Below are positions 12,061-26,300 of a stretch of DNA of 64,000 nt, in pieces. The stretch lies in NCBI GenBank assembly GCA_036172245.1, contig JAYWIR010000007.1:2976001-3040000 (forward strand), read 5' to 3'. Below the pieces are notes generated by a model. That model did not search any database. It was not told where the DNA came from and saw only the letters and a program-made list of their open reading frames with translations. Source of the stretch: Raillietiella orientalis. Taxonomy: Eukaryota. How positions within the stretch are numbered: the first letter of the stretch is position 1; the number at the start of each line of letters is the position of its first letter. The translations under genes were made by a program, and so were the position numbers.

Positions 12061-15000
12061 TGAGAGTTTCTCTTCATGTTCATGTTTTTGTGCGTGACTT
12101 CCTTCTTCTAAGAAGATCAAGAGCAGCTATGAACACAAGAAGCAGCTATAAAGTTTAGTTTCTCGTCTCCTGTCTACTAAAAAACATCTTTGCAAACCGT
12201 TGATGTACAACCCCGCAACCGGTGCCTGCTGGGAGTGAGATGATGAGACCTGAAATAATTTTGTGAGCTCAACGATGTGGAGACTTTTCCCTCATATGGA
12301 GAGTGAAAGGTTGTTTCTGACTCGGAATTGATACTGTTGATCAGTAAGCATCCCTCTGGGGAGAAACCGAGGTCCAGTGCTCCGGGACGCATGAGATCTC
12401 GGTCAATGAATGGAACTCTCAACAGTGCCACAAGAACATGCAGTTATTTAGTGGAAGATCTTCAAAAGAGAAGTCGAACATACTTCGATAGTTTTTTTAC
12501 GCCCCCTACCAGCTGTCTGATGCTCCAAACATTGGTGCTGAAGACTGTCGCATGTTGGGCGACTCATGCACTGAAGTTTCCTTCTTACGTGAGGAGCATT
12601 AAAATGAAAAAAAAAAAAAAAAAAAGGTATTTCTGGAGTAGCAACGTGATCCGAATAAATCGTCAAAGTTTGGTCGCTTCCCGTTTTCATGAAGAGAAAA
12701 CATGTTCATCTTGTACTGATGGTGGAACTGCGCCTCTGAAGGAAAAGTTCTGCTCTAAGAATTATCCGTGTGAAGAGTGATTGCACGAGTGGCTGCACTT
12801 TCATTAATTTGACTTTCTGTAGATTCCCAATTTTTCCAGTTGTCATTACCTCTTTGAGGACCATGCTGCATCTTTTCTGTAGAATGATGAATCAGTGCCA
12901 GTGGTATCCTTGGTTTCTTGCAGGGAAAGGTTCTGTAGAACCGGTACGTTGAACGTTTATCATCCCAACGATACCAGGAGCAATTGAACACAACTGCCTG
13001 GAGGTTTAGACGAGAAGAAAGCACTTTTTAAGAGAGTGCACAGTTTTTAAAGAGTTCTGACAAAACCATGTAGTTTGTATGCTTTAAGAATTTGAAAGCC
13101 ATCTTCTCTACTGAACGTTGGAAACTGAAATCCCCTTAATGCCATATCCATCGGGCACGTCATTATAGGCATGTGATTTCACAGCTTCCTTCCAGCTGTT
13201 TCCCACATGTTTTCGCTTGAATCCTTGAACAGGATTCTTGACAGAGAAGAAAGATTGCTTCTTGAGACTGCGCTTCGTTGCAATTTTCGAGATGATCCGA
13301 ACGGGCCGTACAGAAAGTCTCCTGAAAAACGAGCAATAGGGTTTGAAGGCATGCGATTTAATTTACGGCCGCAAATATGGAAATTTTATCAATATACTGG
13401 TTTACATGATCATGAGTCTTTGTCGATCAAGCAATATCCAACACGGTCGGCTTATAAAAATATGACTGCCGCTGGCGTTTTGAAAAGACGAAAAGAAAAG
13501 AAGCATCGGGTCTGCAGTCTGCAACAGGAATAATCCACGGGCACATAGCTAGAGAAAACCTACCCACGTCAAATCCATCTTGCATGCCCTCTGATGAAGA
13601 AACAGCCAATCCATGTCTCTGAGATCAGTGAATGAGATCAGAGAAGCAGCAATGATCAGAGTGATCCATTGGCCCATTTCGTCGGCCGGAATGGTACAGT
13701 TCGCCTCCGTACCGAGGGTTTCAGTTCTTCAGGTTCTTCCATACTGACTTCAAACCACGTAATTGTGTGGCAGTGTTGAGTGTTCCGTGCATCGGTCACG
13801 CTCTCAAACGATTCGGAACACCTCACCTCCATTTTCTTCTACAGAGACGCTTGCTGATCAGAACTCTGAGAAAGTGGCAAGCTGGCAAAATCGCTCTGCT
13901 TCCCAATGAATGAAATGCATTAGCAGACTCCGGATGTGTGCAGCAGCTTTGAAAGTAGATGGTTCTATCTGCAATGAAAGGAGGAAGGAACTGCAGCAGA
14001 GCTGGATTCCTCCTTGAGCTGCTCACAGACGAACATGCCTCGAGTCTGCATACATGGATCAGCTGAAGGTGGAAATGGAGGCTGTGGTTCTGCGTCACTG
14101 AATGAGATTACTAGGACTACAAATGAAGTTAAAATTCAAAACACTATCGATCCTTTGCATACCTTTATGTTTCATGAGGAGACTATTTTTCACTTCGAGG
14201 TCACTATCTCCAGGAAGCGAATGCAAAATATCCAGGAAATGGCAAGTTCTAAGCTTACTCTTTTTACAGGAAGAGGGGTTACAAAAGAAGTGCCGAGTTT
14301 TTGGTGTCTTCAGCTCTCTGAAGCTCTTGAAACAGAGGATTCGGAGATGCATTACGGGTGGAAGGAAAGAAAACAGCCATTTGTTGTTATTCGAATGATC
14401 TATGAGTTTATCTCTGTAACTCTCTGCGTTCTCCGCACAGCAGGAAAGTCAGGGCAAATGAGTCTGCACGCAATTATCGATTTTAATTGTGTACGAATCG
14501 TCATTACTCACCATGTAAGCTTAGTCTGTGTGCGTAGGTGTATCCCAGCATTTACATTTTGGTTCCAGGGCTTTGGCCATTGATGAGCGCCACTTCGGAG
14601 CATTCATCTTCGAGCCATAAATGCCTTCTTGGTTTCTCCAATCACAGTTCATATGTTAAGAGAAGAAGACAGCCTCAATGAACAGCATTTCAGGAACACT
14701 GGGAGAATTGAGAGGAAATTAGTGAGCTCTGAGCGTTCCAATTTTCGCAATCACCTGCATGCGTGACATGCACCGTGCTCTTTGAACACCTGAAACATCT
14801 CGGTTAATTGAATAGAGAAGCTACGAACGGGATGCAAAATCTTGTTTGAAATGCACCTCAAGGGCAAAGTTCCTAGCAATGAATACCGCTCACACAGACG
14901 CATTCTGCTCATCCTGTTTTATGGAAAAGAAGGATCTGTTCAGCTTGTGGCAGGTATATTCTGCAGAACGCAATGGAAACAAACCTCAGTACCGAACACC

Positions 15001-16380
15001 GGATACAACTGCTTTCAAGCCACTTACTCAAATATTTCCTTTTATTTCAATGCTTATGAAAAGAATGTAATCCAAGTTCTTGAGTTCCGATGAGTCTACG
15101 GGCGAGTCTTCTCATGGCTCATGCTACGAATTCCCATGGATGAAGAATGTTTTCCGCTGCTGTAGTGATACAGCGTATGAAGTTTCGAGCATGAGCACAT
15201 TTTCAATATTTTCAGGGGTTCTTCCTTACAAGTTGGCACTACAAGAACGAAGAAAGCTGAAGATCTCAGCGTTCGAACGAGATGAGATCAAATGTTTGCT
15301 ACAAGACTGAGAATGGAAGAGACTGACCCCAGCAGATAGCATCTTTCCAACATTTTTTGGATTTCATGAATAGGTGGAGCTGGTGCAGATGCATTGATGG
15401 AACTCTCAGAACGGATTTATCAAGTGTTATTGCTGGGATGGTGAAAGAAAAGACCAAACTGCGTGAAAACACGAAACGTCGGAAGAATGTCCTTGCATGG
15501 TTCCAAAAACCGTGTTTCAAGAACACACACTAAACTGTGGCATGAACGCATCAAGATTCTTCCATCCTCCTTAACTGAAAACACAAGCGAGAAGGCCTTT
15601 TTCTGGAACTTCTGTCAAAGCTTGCTTTCCAAATGATGCTTCGAATGAGATGCTCGTCAATTTTTATTCCCGATGCCGTTGTCATTTGAGGATTTGCGTC
15701 AATTTGCGGCGCTGTCTAAAGATATTCAAAGTCTGCAACGCACAAGTTCCTAGACTGCTTTCTTTGCAGCTCTCATTTACGAGTCTCATCAAAGCCCCAT
15801 ACTCAGGAACGGTTTGTTTCATGAGCTTAATGATGCCCACAAATTACTCTAACCTACTGATTCCTTCCAACAGCTCCTGTTCTATCATTTGGAGCAGACG
15901 GTATCAAAAAACACGAGTTGAATGCGTTGTGGTCAATTGGTCTTCCTTCTGAATCATTCCGTATGTCTGTGATGGTCTCCACGTTTGCATTAGCCCTCTG
16001 CTCCGCGCTTAGAATGAACAAAGCCTACGCTTCCTTGTCTGTTTAGATGCCATCAACTTAGAATTCTCAGTGCAGTTTTCGAATACCGGTCTCGATTATT
16101 TGAATGAAAAGTAATAAATCGCAAGTACATCCGTTTCAAGTCTTCAGCCATGCACCGATAACTCCCAAGTTCAGCTCCGTTCAGCCTTTGCATTCACAGC
16201 CACCCTTTTCACTTACCGAAGAAACATCCGCGTTGGCGACCCCGAGGCTGCGGTCTCCAAGCAGCAACTCTAAGAGCTGCGGGTTCGAATACCCGGAAAG
16301 GATCGACGCAGTCAAATGGGTGCGTGCCCCCATCAGGATGACGCTGATTGGCCCACGGGCTCCGAGTGCAACACGGGTGG

Positions 16381-16615
16381 ACAACCGGTCACGTCGGTGC
16401 GTTTATTGATAGAAGAAACATACATGTCTGTGGTAGGGCGTTTGATCCTGCCACATTGCTTATAGCTATGAGAGGGTACCTGCTGGGAACTGGTTCGCAG
16501 GTCAGCGGGGTCGCCCGGCAACACAGGGGAAGGGGTGATAAACAAAAAGGAAAAAATAAAACAAAAAATATACAGTCAGAAAATGAGGGTGGGGGAATTC
16601 GGGAAGGGATCACTG
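16381..16615 (-). mobile_element. 3'-UTR-only fragment of the same non-LTR family, copy B
   Basis: The reverse complement ends CAATAAACGCACCGACGTGACCGGTTG, matching the family 3' terminus. It retains a degenerate cgcaggtc core and a pyrimidine/T-rich UTR. Confidence 0.6.
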
Positions 16616-16629
16616 TGCTGGAGGGTGTC

Positions 16630-17500
16630 CTCTGCATCCTTGTAACAATGCTGGCAACTTCCTGTTCCAAGACTCCCAGAGGGAACCATCTTGACTCATG
16701 AAGAGGACAGCAAAATAGGGACTCCTGGACATTTCCTGAAGAGGTAGGAATACCCTCCCTGTTTGCTCCACGCTTCCTCTGAAGTGGCAGGACTCTGCAT
16801 TGCAGTTGTGTTGCACTGGGCGATCCCATGCAACTCACTACTCCATCACGAGATAAGAAGGAGTGCAGCCCCAAACTTTGCCAGTTGCGGGGAAAGCGAT
16901 ACCTTCCTGCTCCTGTTGTTGGATTGTGTTGCCCTCCTGAGTGTCCGGGAACGCTTCGCTGCGGCCCTTCCACTCCCGATGGACAGCTGCAGAGAGGTTT
17001 TGCGGCGCCTCTTCACGCGTGACTCGATGTCACCTGCAGCTTCCCCTGCATCCTTCTGCTGCCTTCGTGGGATCGTGGCGGCGAGAAATCCCGCCAAAAG
17101 ACGCCAGTCGAACGATGGACTCATCGCATTGGCCTGCTTCTTCATGAGGAAGGCGACAGGATGACCACATCCCTGCCAACAAAAGGAGGAGGGAGCTGTC
17201 AAGATTCCCCAGAGGATGCTGAGGACGTCAGGAAGAAATTTGTGATCCTTCCTCCCCCCACACACAATTTTTAAACTGAACTTTTTTGTGTGTTTTTTTG
17301 TTTTTGTTTACATTTTCCATTACTTCTACTGTGCGGACCTCATCGGAAGATCTGCTCACAAAAAACAGCGCCTCCGAGGTATTTCTCTTCGCAATGGTGT
17401 TGTGAATCCGTTACAAAGAAAGGCATTTTATATTTTATCTGATTTTTTTTTCTTGTAAATGTTTTTCCTATAGCAGACGCTTCAGCATGACCGGGTGAAA
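16630..17500 (+). mobile_element. 5'-truncated degenerate L1/Tx1-like element, copy C
   Basis: Peptide VLHWAIPCN..PNFASCGESDTFLLLLLDCVALLSVRERFAAAL..RRLFTR is homologous to copies A and E. A T-rich UTR follows and ends GCATGACCGGGTGAAA at about 17500. Confidence 0.72.
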
Positions 17501-18179
17501 TAAGGGATCGCTTCTTTTGACAGTCCTCTACAAACGGTGCCCTCTGATTTCGACGAGCCTCCACATCAACAGAAGGCAGCTGGAGATGGTTAATCGGCCA
17601 TTAGATTCTGTTTCTTCAACTCAGTAATTCCTTGCAATTTCATTATCCTGGTATTTAATTTCCTTTGGGGCCACGACTTCCCTATCATGCCTGAGAACCT
17701 ACTTTCTTCGTGTCCCCTGTGCTTATTGGCAAACTTTTCCGATTCGACGTTTCCCTGGGCACTGTGTTAAAAAGCCTGGTGTTTCCTATCACTAGAGGAG
17801 AGGTGAGCAAAACTGAACCAAAGTCACTCTGCTAATAACCGACAACTGCTACTGCCACATTTGCAGAAACCTCCGCGCGCGGAGGACGCTTAAGACGCAC
17901 GCGGAGCACCGACCAAATGGCCATCGTACTACAGCCATTTCATTCAATCGGCTTTAAATAAATTACAATTCCACACAGCTTTTCAGAAAAACTGAGGGGA
18001 GCGTCTTTGCGGGAATTTCTGGTCTTTCCTTTAGGAAGTACGGAGTTCTTCCCATACTTCTTGTTTTTGAAGTCAACGTCTATTCTGATTACAGAAGAAC
18101 TGCGTATTTCTTGAATGTTTAAGACTATAAAGTCTCAAAGTTGGATGAAAATCATAGCTTCAGAATCTCAATGCTTCTT

Positions 18180-18520
18180 TTTTTTTTTTTGGTTCGCTAA
18201 GTACTCAAGGACTGTTCGCCTAGGGGCTCACAAAGCTCCTTAACACTGTTCCACGCCACCCGAGGGCGCATGTAACTCTTCAGGTTAAGGGATACTCCGA
18301 GAAGGGACCCCCTGTGAATCCTTGCCCCTTAGGCTCGGGAGGAAAACTCGAAGGGAGCCTCTTCCTTATTCTTCCTAGAAGGACCACCCGGAGGGAACCG
18401 GTTCTCCTTTCTCCTCCGAAGGGAACCTGGAAAGGAACCGCTCCTGGAATTCCTTCTCAGGAGGGATCCGCTCATTGTTACTTCTCTGAAGAAAGCCCCT
18501 AAGGGACACTTCCAAATTTC
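18180..18520 (-). repeat. Remnant of a second, unidentified dispersed repeat family (copy 1)
   Basis: T-run followed by ctaagtactcaagg..taggggctcacaaagctccttaacactgttccacgccacccgagggcgcatgtaactcttcagg..ctcgaagggag; these blocks are shared with 54321-54392 and 56400-56860. The strand is inferred only from the T-run read as an A tail. Confidence 0.6.
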
Positions 18521-19450
18521 TCCTAAGTTAGAGAAAGTTTTTCGTGTGTGCGCTTCACGACCTGAGGGAATGTCTCTAGTACAGGTCTTATTCGATCCAT
18601 CCCATAGCCCACTGATTACGGAAGGGTTGAGGATTCCACAGGAATGTTTACGCTGATGCTTTTCCAAAACCCAGAGCTGACTTGTGTTTTCCAAGATGTG
18701 TCTTCTATTTGAGAGGAGGAGGGTCTTCGACATCTGTTCTTTCGAGAAACTTCATTGGGTGAGAGCAAAGTTCCCGTGGCATCCCACTCTTGAATTGTCA
18801 AATGGTATGCTTGCGACTCCAAGGTCTTTCTTATAGACTACCAGGAGGTAGTTGTCTTCTTTTTCAACACATGGCAAACGTGTGAACAGATTAAGATTGG
18901 GTGTCAGGTAGCTGTCGACTGCAACGAATGGCTTCACGATGCTGGAGATGGACAGATACCAGTTCATTTCGAAGGAGACAGAAGGACTCAGGATGGATTC
19001 AGAAAAATCCTTAAGAACGTAAAAGTTTGTTCCAGTTTTTCTGAAAAAATGGGTTTGTTTTCTATGAGAATCCTTCGAAGGGCAGCTCTACGGCATCCAC
19101 AATGGGATGACCTTCACATTTAAGACGAAGCTTTCCAGTGTTTAAACAGTTGGGCTGTTGATACTCGGAGATGTCGCAGCATCTGAGTCCCACTTCAAAC
19201 TTCAAGTGGTCCATTTCCAGTGCTAACCGAAGATCTGCGACTGCTTAGGCGACACGCCCATAGCAAATGAAAAGCTGAGAGTACTGCGAGTCGCACATGA
19301 GAAAAAGAATAAGCAACCCGTGATGATGGTCTCCAGGATTGAGGAAAATCAATTTTCGAAGGCAGAAAAAAATTGCCGAACAAGCCCATAGGACTCCAGT
19401 TACCTTTGGAAAAGAAATAAATAAATTCTAGACATATTTTATGAAGCTGT

Positions 19451-19762
19451 TTTTCAGCCGGGTGAGGCGGGGCGTTCATTTCTAAACTATCTGGAAACAA
19501 AGTTCCCAGGCAAAGGGTACAGAAGATCGAAGGGAAGGTTCCCCGATACGCAGGTCGGTAAAATCGAAAGTCCGGAACGGGAGGGAGAGGACCACAAAAA
19601 AACATATCAGAAATATAAATAAAAATGTGAGGGGGAGGGAGATGCTGGGGACAGAGGTCTTTGGCTTCGGCCGTTCCATCCTTTCAGAACCGACGCTGGA
19701 TGCCGGAGATCTCCTTTCTCGCTTTTTCTGGAAGATGAGGCCACCTGGCCGCCGTCGTCATT
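19451..19762 (-). mobile_element. 3' fragment (ORF2 end plus 3' UTR) of the L1/Tx1-like family, copy D
   Basis: Closely matches 36131-36430 and the reverse complement of 43270-43540, e.g. ccccgatacgcaggtcggta..cgaaagtccggaacgggagggagaggaccaca and ggatgccggagatctc. Confidence 0.82.
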
Positions 19763-20276
19763 TATTTAATGAAGCTGCTGAGCCGTTCCAAAGTCTGAAA
19801 CTGCCGGTGGAGACTTACAGAATTCTAAGCCTCTCGCTCTTATGGAGGCACGGGGGAATCAAAACAGAACAGAAGAAACTGTTCCGTGGATGATTGCTCG
19901 GAACGAACGAGGAAGGTGCAGACTTGCAGTCGTTCGTGTTTATTTATCCTCTCTCTCGTGTTTATCATCCAGAACCATCGTTCTGGATGATAAACACGAG
20001 AGAGAGGATGTTGCAGATCGAGGTTGTGCATGCAGAATAAAATCAAAAGATGATTGTCATTCTGTTTGGAGCTCTTCAGAAATCAAATGCCAGGATTCTA
20101 TGCCACATGGACAGACTTCTCGAGGTGTGCTCACATGCGCATACGACAGCTTCCCTTTGATTCTAGAAGAAAACCGCGACTAACACCATCTCAGACTTGG
20201 AGCTTTCAACAGTTTCAACGATGTGGTTGGCACAGGTGAGATGAGCAACTTAGTTATTTTTATTTTTTGTGATGTA

Positions 20277-20320
20277 GTTCATAGTTCCAGTGGGATACGT
20301 TCATAGTTCCAGAGGGACAT
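20277..20320. repeat. 22-bp tandem duplication
   Basis: gttcatagttccagtgggatac followed by gttcatagttccagagggacat. Confidence 0.75.
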
Positions 20321-23300
20321 CTCAAAGGGAGTTATTCCCCCAAATAAGGGTACACAATCCAATCCTGCGATCCCTGTGCTTTTTACCGAATGGTCCTGTT
20401 GAAACAAGACGAGACAATTGCGCATCTTTTTTAATGATCGTGCAACTGTCACCAAGAAAGCATCAGATCCGTTCAGTTCTTGAGGTCCGTGCGTTTCGTT
20501 CAAAGAGGACACAGAGCTGAGTACCACTGATGACAGTGGCTCACACATCTTTAAATGGATTACTAAGTATTAGTGTGCAGCTCTTTGCACAACATTTCTT
20601 AATGTGGCTTATCTTAAAAAAGATTTTTTGCTGTCTGGTGCGGCTGCTCCACTGTGTCCTCGCCTTCAACCACGTGGAGCACATTTCACGTCCATCGTGG
20701 ATTACAATGCAGTAATAAATAAGAGTCCAAGTGTCAATCGCAATCCACGAAAATCTCTCTCACAGTCTGGATTCTCCACTTCTTTGAGGATTTCACAAGA
20801 TAATTTTTTGGACTTTCCATTAGGATTTCAAGTTATCTTTTCTTAAAAATAGGATTTCCATGCAATGCTATTGTCAGTCTCAAATCAAACAGAAGGAATT
20901 TGTAGAAAAAATAGCAGGAATAAACGAAGAAAAAGATTATTCTGACAAAGTCCCCATATGAGCAAAGCATTACGAAGCCAGGGATTTCCATGGTCACATA
21001 TCACTATGATTTATCTACGAAATGGCCAATGCGCTTTCCATACCCTCACTCAGCTTCACATCGGGCATCGACTCTCTTTGGTGAATTCGTGGAGCTCCAA
21101 ATATGAATCCTGAAATCTGACAATCGGCAAATCTCCCTGCGTTAGGTCAAGTGCTCATTGCAGCGTTATTGAAGATATCATGGTACAGCTTCAGGACTTG
21201 CGTTCGGATGGCACAGTCAGTGTTCAAAGTGGCGTCTGATGTCAAAGCGTGTCACGAATAGATGTCTGTAGAGTTCCTAACGGATACATAAGACAAGGTA
21301 AGGTATCGTTTGAGGCTTCTGCAAACATTAACGGAGACCGTCTACTGAACACGCACGACTTCAATAAGCTCCCTCGGGCGATGTCTCGAAACAAAGCCTG
21401 TGAGTGTGCAGATCAACGGGAGCCATCAGAAAACGAGCCCACACTGTGTTGCTCTATGCAACACACCTCTCCCTGCAACACTTCCATCGGTTTCGTCTGA
21501 CGAGCATTCGCGAAAGAACGTTTCCAGATAATGACGTACTATTTTGAAGGTTCGCACGTAATCATGACAGACTTTACAAAAGGTGCGGCGACAAGAAACG
21601 GACCCTGGTTTCCATAGATACAGGAGCATGGCAAAGATATGAACATGGCATGCAAGAGTAGTAGCATGGCATTCGATATCTGGCCATTTTCAAAGAGAAC
21701 TTCGGATCTTTGAGAAGACTTTGGAAGAGAATCGAGGGAAAAAGTCGCCTGATTCTCGCAGAAACATGTGCTGATGACCATGAGCACTGAGGATTGGATC
21801 ATACAATTTGTTTCAAATGCTGTCAGTGCTGAATTGCAAGCAACTGTGAACACAAAGAGGAAGATACTTTTTACTCCTTTAGCAGGTGCCTTCACCCACC
21901 TTTCACTGCAAATGCAGATCTTCTGGCAGCAAGATCACCTATGTTCTCTACTGATCTTATTATCTTTCAGGTAGTTCCAGTTTCTTATTCTGTCCGACGT
22001 ATTTGTTTCAGTTCTAACTTTTTCTACTTTCAGAGAACTTTGATTGAACCTTTTCGAATGCGTTATTTAAAAGTCCGCTGAATCTCTATGGGTGCTAGCA
22101 TTTGTTTTAAAGATAACTTGCTTTTTGTTCTTTAGTCGCTACTTCTTGCATCATGATTCGGCATGACTCTTAGGAGCTCATATTTTAAAGAAATTTTGGA
22201 TGCTGAGCATCACACTCAGCCATTTGAGCTGGATTGCACATGAATAAAAGGAAGTTGTCACAAAAAATTCGAGTTTAAGTTTGGGGGAGACGGGATGAAA
22301 CGCATGATTCGAATGTTTATCATTTCAACATGTTTCAATCTTGATGATCTCTCCTTGAAAGGACGTGTGCTTTGTACTTTCTTAGAGCGTGTGAATGAGG
22401 TACCTAAGCAGTAGATTGAAGATGTCGCAGTAGACTAAGGAAACAATCCATTCCTATAAGTTGATGTCGAAGACCACCTAATGCTAGTGATGCTGAAGTT
22501 ACTCATGACTCATCATAGGATGCTTGCTTGGGTCCCCGCAAAGAATCGTTTCAAGTCGTAGTCGTGAAGGTCAATCGAGCCCTGCTCATCAACAAAACTT
22601 GCTCCTGACTCTGTAATGAAAATTTGAAGTTTACTCTGTAATGAAGTTTACTTTGTACTACTGAAAAATTGGAAACAGGAAGCTGCAGTTAGCAAAACAA
22701 AGCACGGATGCAAGAAGAATCGAAATTTTGGATTTGTTGGGAACAGTTGCCTGGATCAATTTTCTGGAAACACAGAACTCTCCTAATTATATGTCAAAAA
22801 GACACAAGTTTGCATGGATGATGCTTGCATGTTTGTATCAGAGGAACAGTTAGTGATTCTTCATTGTATTTCCACTAGCGACTCACGCGGGAGAATCTTG
22901 AACAGTCGGGTGTAAACTAGGCATTAATCTGTTACGAAAAAAATCCGAAACCCAACTGAAGGGTGAAGATTAATTATGCGGTCACCGTGGTGACTTTGGA
23001 TAGTATGTGCACTGGTAAAATGAAAATCAAATTCTTGAAACGCCAGCTCACGATTTAATTTTTTTTAAACTACCTAGATGTCACTACTCATAGGGCATCA
23101 GCCCGCACGTGGAACACCGTAATGGCAAAACCGCACTCAAAATGTAAACCCGGGTGCTCGTTCCCGGTATTCCTGAATTCACTAGCCACCGATGGCTAGC
23201 AAATTGAGAACCTCAAGACAGCCTTTTCGCCGCTTTTGCAGATTACCAAAGATCACGATTACAGCAATACGACTTCTTCAATCTCAATTCTAGATCTCAA

Positions 23301-26300
23301 TCCGCGTTTGTTTTTGTTTTTTTGTTTTTCCAACGAATTCTGTGGATTAACATGACCGGCCTCACTCTCTCCAAAGCCGCAGTTTTTTTTTTTTTAATCC
23401 AATTCTTATGCCTAACTGACAAAGGCCCACAGCAGCCGGAAGGAAATGAACGAGCAGTATTTTCTTATATCAGTGCCATCCTCTGCCCAATCGATTTAAA
23501 CGGATACTCAGTCTACTTGCATCCTGAGCAAAAACAGATGTTTGTAAACTAAAAACAGATGAGTTTTCAAAAACGCGGAAGCCCACCTCCAGAAATTCCA
23601 TTCTCCCCACAAGCTTTCCAAGCTTATTTGAAAAGGAAAATGAAAAATGGTGGCGTCTGATCGGAAGCAAACAAATTTCGAATAGTTCACTTGGTACTCA
23701 GAAGCGAAGATGCTCTCCTGCGTGTCTGGAGGATAGCAAATGTTTCATTCGCAGGACCTCCGAATCCTTCACAAATGATTCGGAAGTCTTTCACGTCGAC
23801 ATTACCGATCAGACCTATTTTTCAAACGAGAAGGCACGTATAAACCGTTCGTAAATTAGGTAAAAGAGTTTCTGAGAGTGTGGAGATTTGTTTGTTTCAG
23901 ATGCATCGCTGGAACAACTCTAGGATATTGCAGTTGCCGCTTCTTGATAAGAAGCTCACCTGAAAACTTCTTGGGTGCTTTAATTTCCACTCCAGAATTT
24001 TCGGCGGAGCGAAAGAATCTCGAATTTTCGGGAAGAGTGCGGTTAAAGAGTTCCGCTGAAGAGATGGTGCTTAGGGTAACCAATTAGCAAAGACCTCGAA
24101 CCGCGCTAGCTGAAGCGTCTTTAGCATTTGTGGAGCACCTGAATTCGTTGAGATCATTAAGTTCGCTGTGGGAATGGATGCACGTCGATGATTGCACTTC
24201 ATTACACTTCGTGAACGTCCCCGTTTCCTTCCTACTAAAACTCCAGCAATTCCCTTTGAAATAGGAACGTTTACGATGATTAGCAGGAATCGGTTCGTCC
24301 CCCTTGCACGCATGGGAGATGTTGATTCGGTGAGTCAATGCAACCGATCAATTCGTCAGAGCGAAAAAAATTTCCAGCGTGCTGTTGGTTTTGACGGAGC
24401 TTGCATCGAAGCTGTTCCAGAGTGGGACACTTGGTAGGGTCACAGGTTTCCGGAACCCGATCAGAAACAATTCTGTCCAAAGGCCAATCCTCAGCAGAAT
24501 GCGGGAGAAGGAAACTTACCAGTGCGTTGTGCCGAGAGAGCGCTCCTGTGAGTTTCCACTTGTTTCCCATGCCATCAGCTACAAAGATGGGGACACCTTG
24601 GCTTCACTGTCATTGGCGTCCGCTCATACAAGAGGATGGAAACAAGGGAATCCTTGTCCGTTGAAAGCTGCTTTCTTCCGCCCTTGGTTTGTTCTACAAG
24701 TGTGCATGTGTGGCGTGGGGCTGTCTCAGCTTTCCAGCAGCTCGATCTGGTCCGAGGACATCTTCGACCATCTCTCGCGCTTGCCGTTCCAAACTATCCC
24801 CAGATTCGAAAATTCAGCCCGAAGGCTTGCCTTGAGAGTCTCTAGACCATTCGGGAAGCGCTGCCACTTTCGCGGCATTCTTCCGCAGTGTTTACTTGAA
24901 GAGGAGAGAGGTCTCGAGACAAAGAAAAAGATCTTTCTGTGCCCTACTGTCTGGCTCGCAAAAGTTCCATCTTCTGTCTCCAATCCCTGAAAAGAACTAC
25001 AAGCAGTAGCGTGATTTCCGAAGACAGGCAATTCGCAGGCTACGGTCGTTTCGTTCGCTCCCAATCCCGGCTGTCTACACCCCTTCGTAGCTTTCTTTCC
25101 CTTTCTGGGTATTCTTTCTTGCTGGAGATACGGGAGGCAAGAAGAAGAGTAATGTAAGTGATAAGAAATATCAGAAATGACACGCAGCAAGGCATCAGCA
25201 CTAAGCCTACATCCTTTTAGCTCATCCACAGGTAGGGAGCATCTCTCCAGCAAGTGAAGTCCGTGAGAGGCGTCCAAAAGCCAGCAAGAGAGGTCTCAGC
25301 AAAAGCGGACACACGATGGAAAATGGGGGAATCTGTAGGATGGAGGAGCGGCCGATGAGTAGTCCTCTCTTCCCATCTGGATATGTCTCTCTAGCTCCGT
25401 AGGGAGAGAAAGAAAGGAAAGAGTTCTGAGTTCTTCTGCGCCTGTCCGGACTACGAGCTATGAGACGCTGCCTCAGAATCAGCCGGAATTCCCCGAAGGC
25501 CTTTGTTTTCTATTTTCTGGAAGCAGTCTACAGGAAAGGACCCAGAAGGGAAAGGATGATGCCCTCCGCAGTGAGCACAGAGAGCGATCGAAACTGCCAG
25601 CCATCAACGAGGAAAGTTTCATGATGATGATGACTACAGATTTCCACAGTTGCTACCACTGGGGTGCAGTTGTGAGGAACACCCCGTATGGAGATGTTGT
25701 GCAAATGGACTCCGAGAAGAAAAGAGAAATGACCAGTTGCATTTGCATTGATAGGAAGTTCCGAATAAGTGGAAAGCACTCAAGAGAGCCATGGGCGAAA
25801 CAGACAGCCAGGAATCGATCCACCAGTTGAACGAGAACCACCCAATGCCTCATTGAAGTGAAGATAGGGCAACTTATCCAGAAAAAAGGGCTAAGAGCGA
25901 ACGAGAAGAGAAAAGAGAAAACACTTGAGATTATTCATAAGAGAATATCATCCCGGGTGCGAGCAGCAGACACTCTTCGAATTGCGATTGCTAGGAAAAC
26001 GGGTCTTAAAGGTTGCCATCGACGTTCTGTGGTGGTCAACAAGACATGGTAATTTCCCTCTGCAAAGTGGAATGAATTGGGAAGCCCTCTGCTCCTCTGT
26101 GTCTGTCCTCCAATTTCTTCGTCTGTGGTCGCTAGAAGTAGTGGGGGGTTCTTATGGCGAAACAGGCTCATGATCAATGACGTAAAGCAAGGATCGGTTG
26201 AGCCTTCCTAGTGAATCGCTGATGAAGCCAAATGGGGTAGACCAAAGGGAAATCTTTATCCTAAAATGAGGATGCATCAAAAGAATAGATAGCGATTTCT

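Noticed and set aside
16225..16300. B-box-like GGGTTCGAATACCC suggesting a tRNA or tRNA-derived SINE
   Set aside because: I could not fold a cloverleaf or find a correctly spaced A box.
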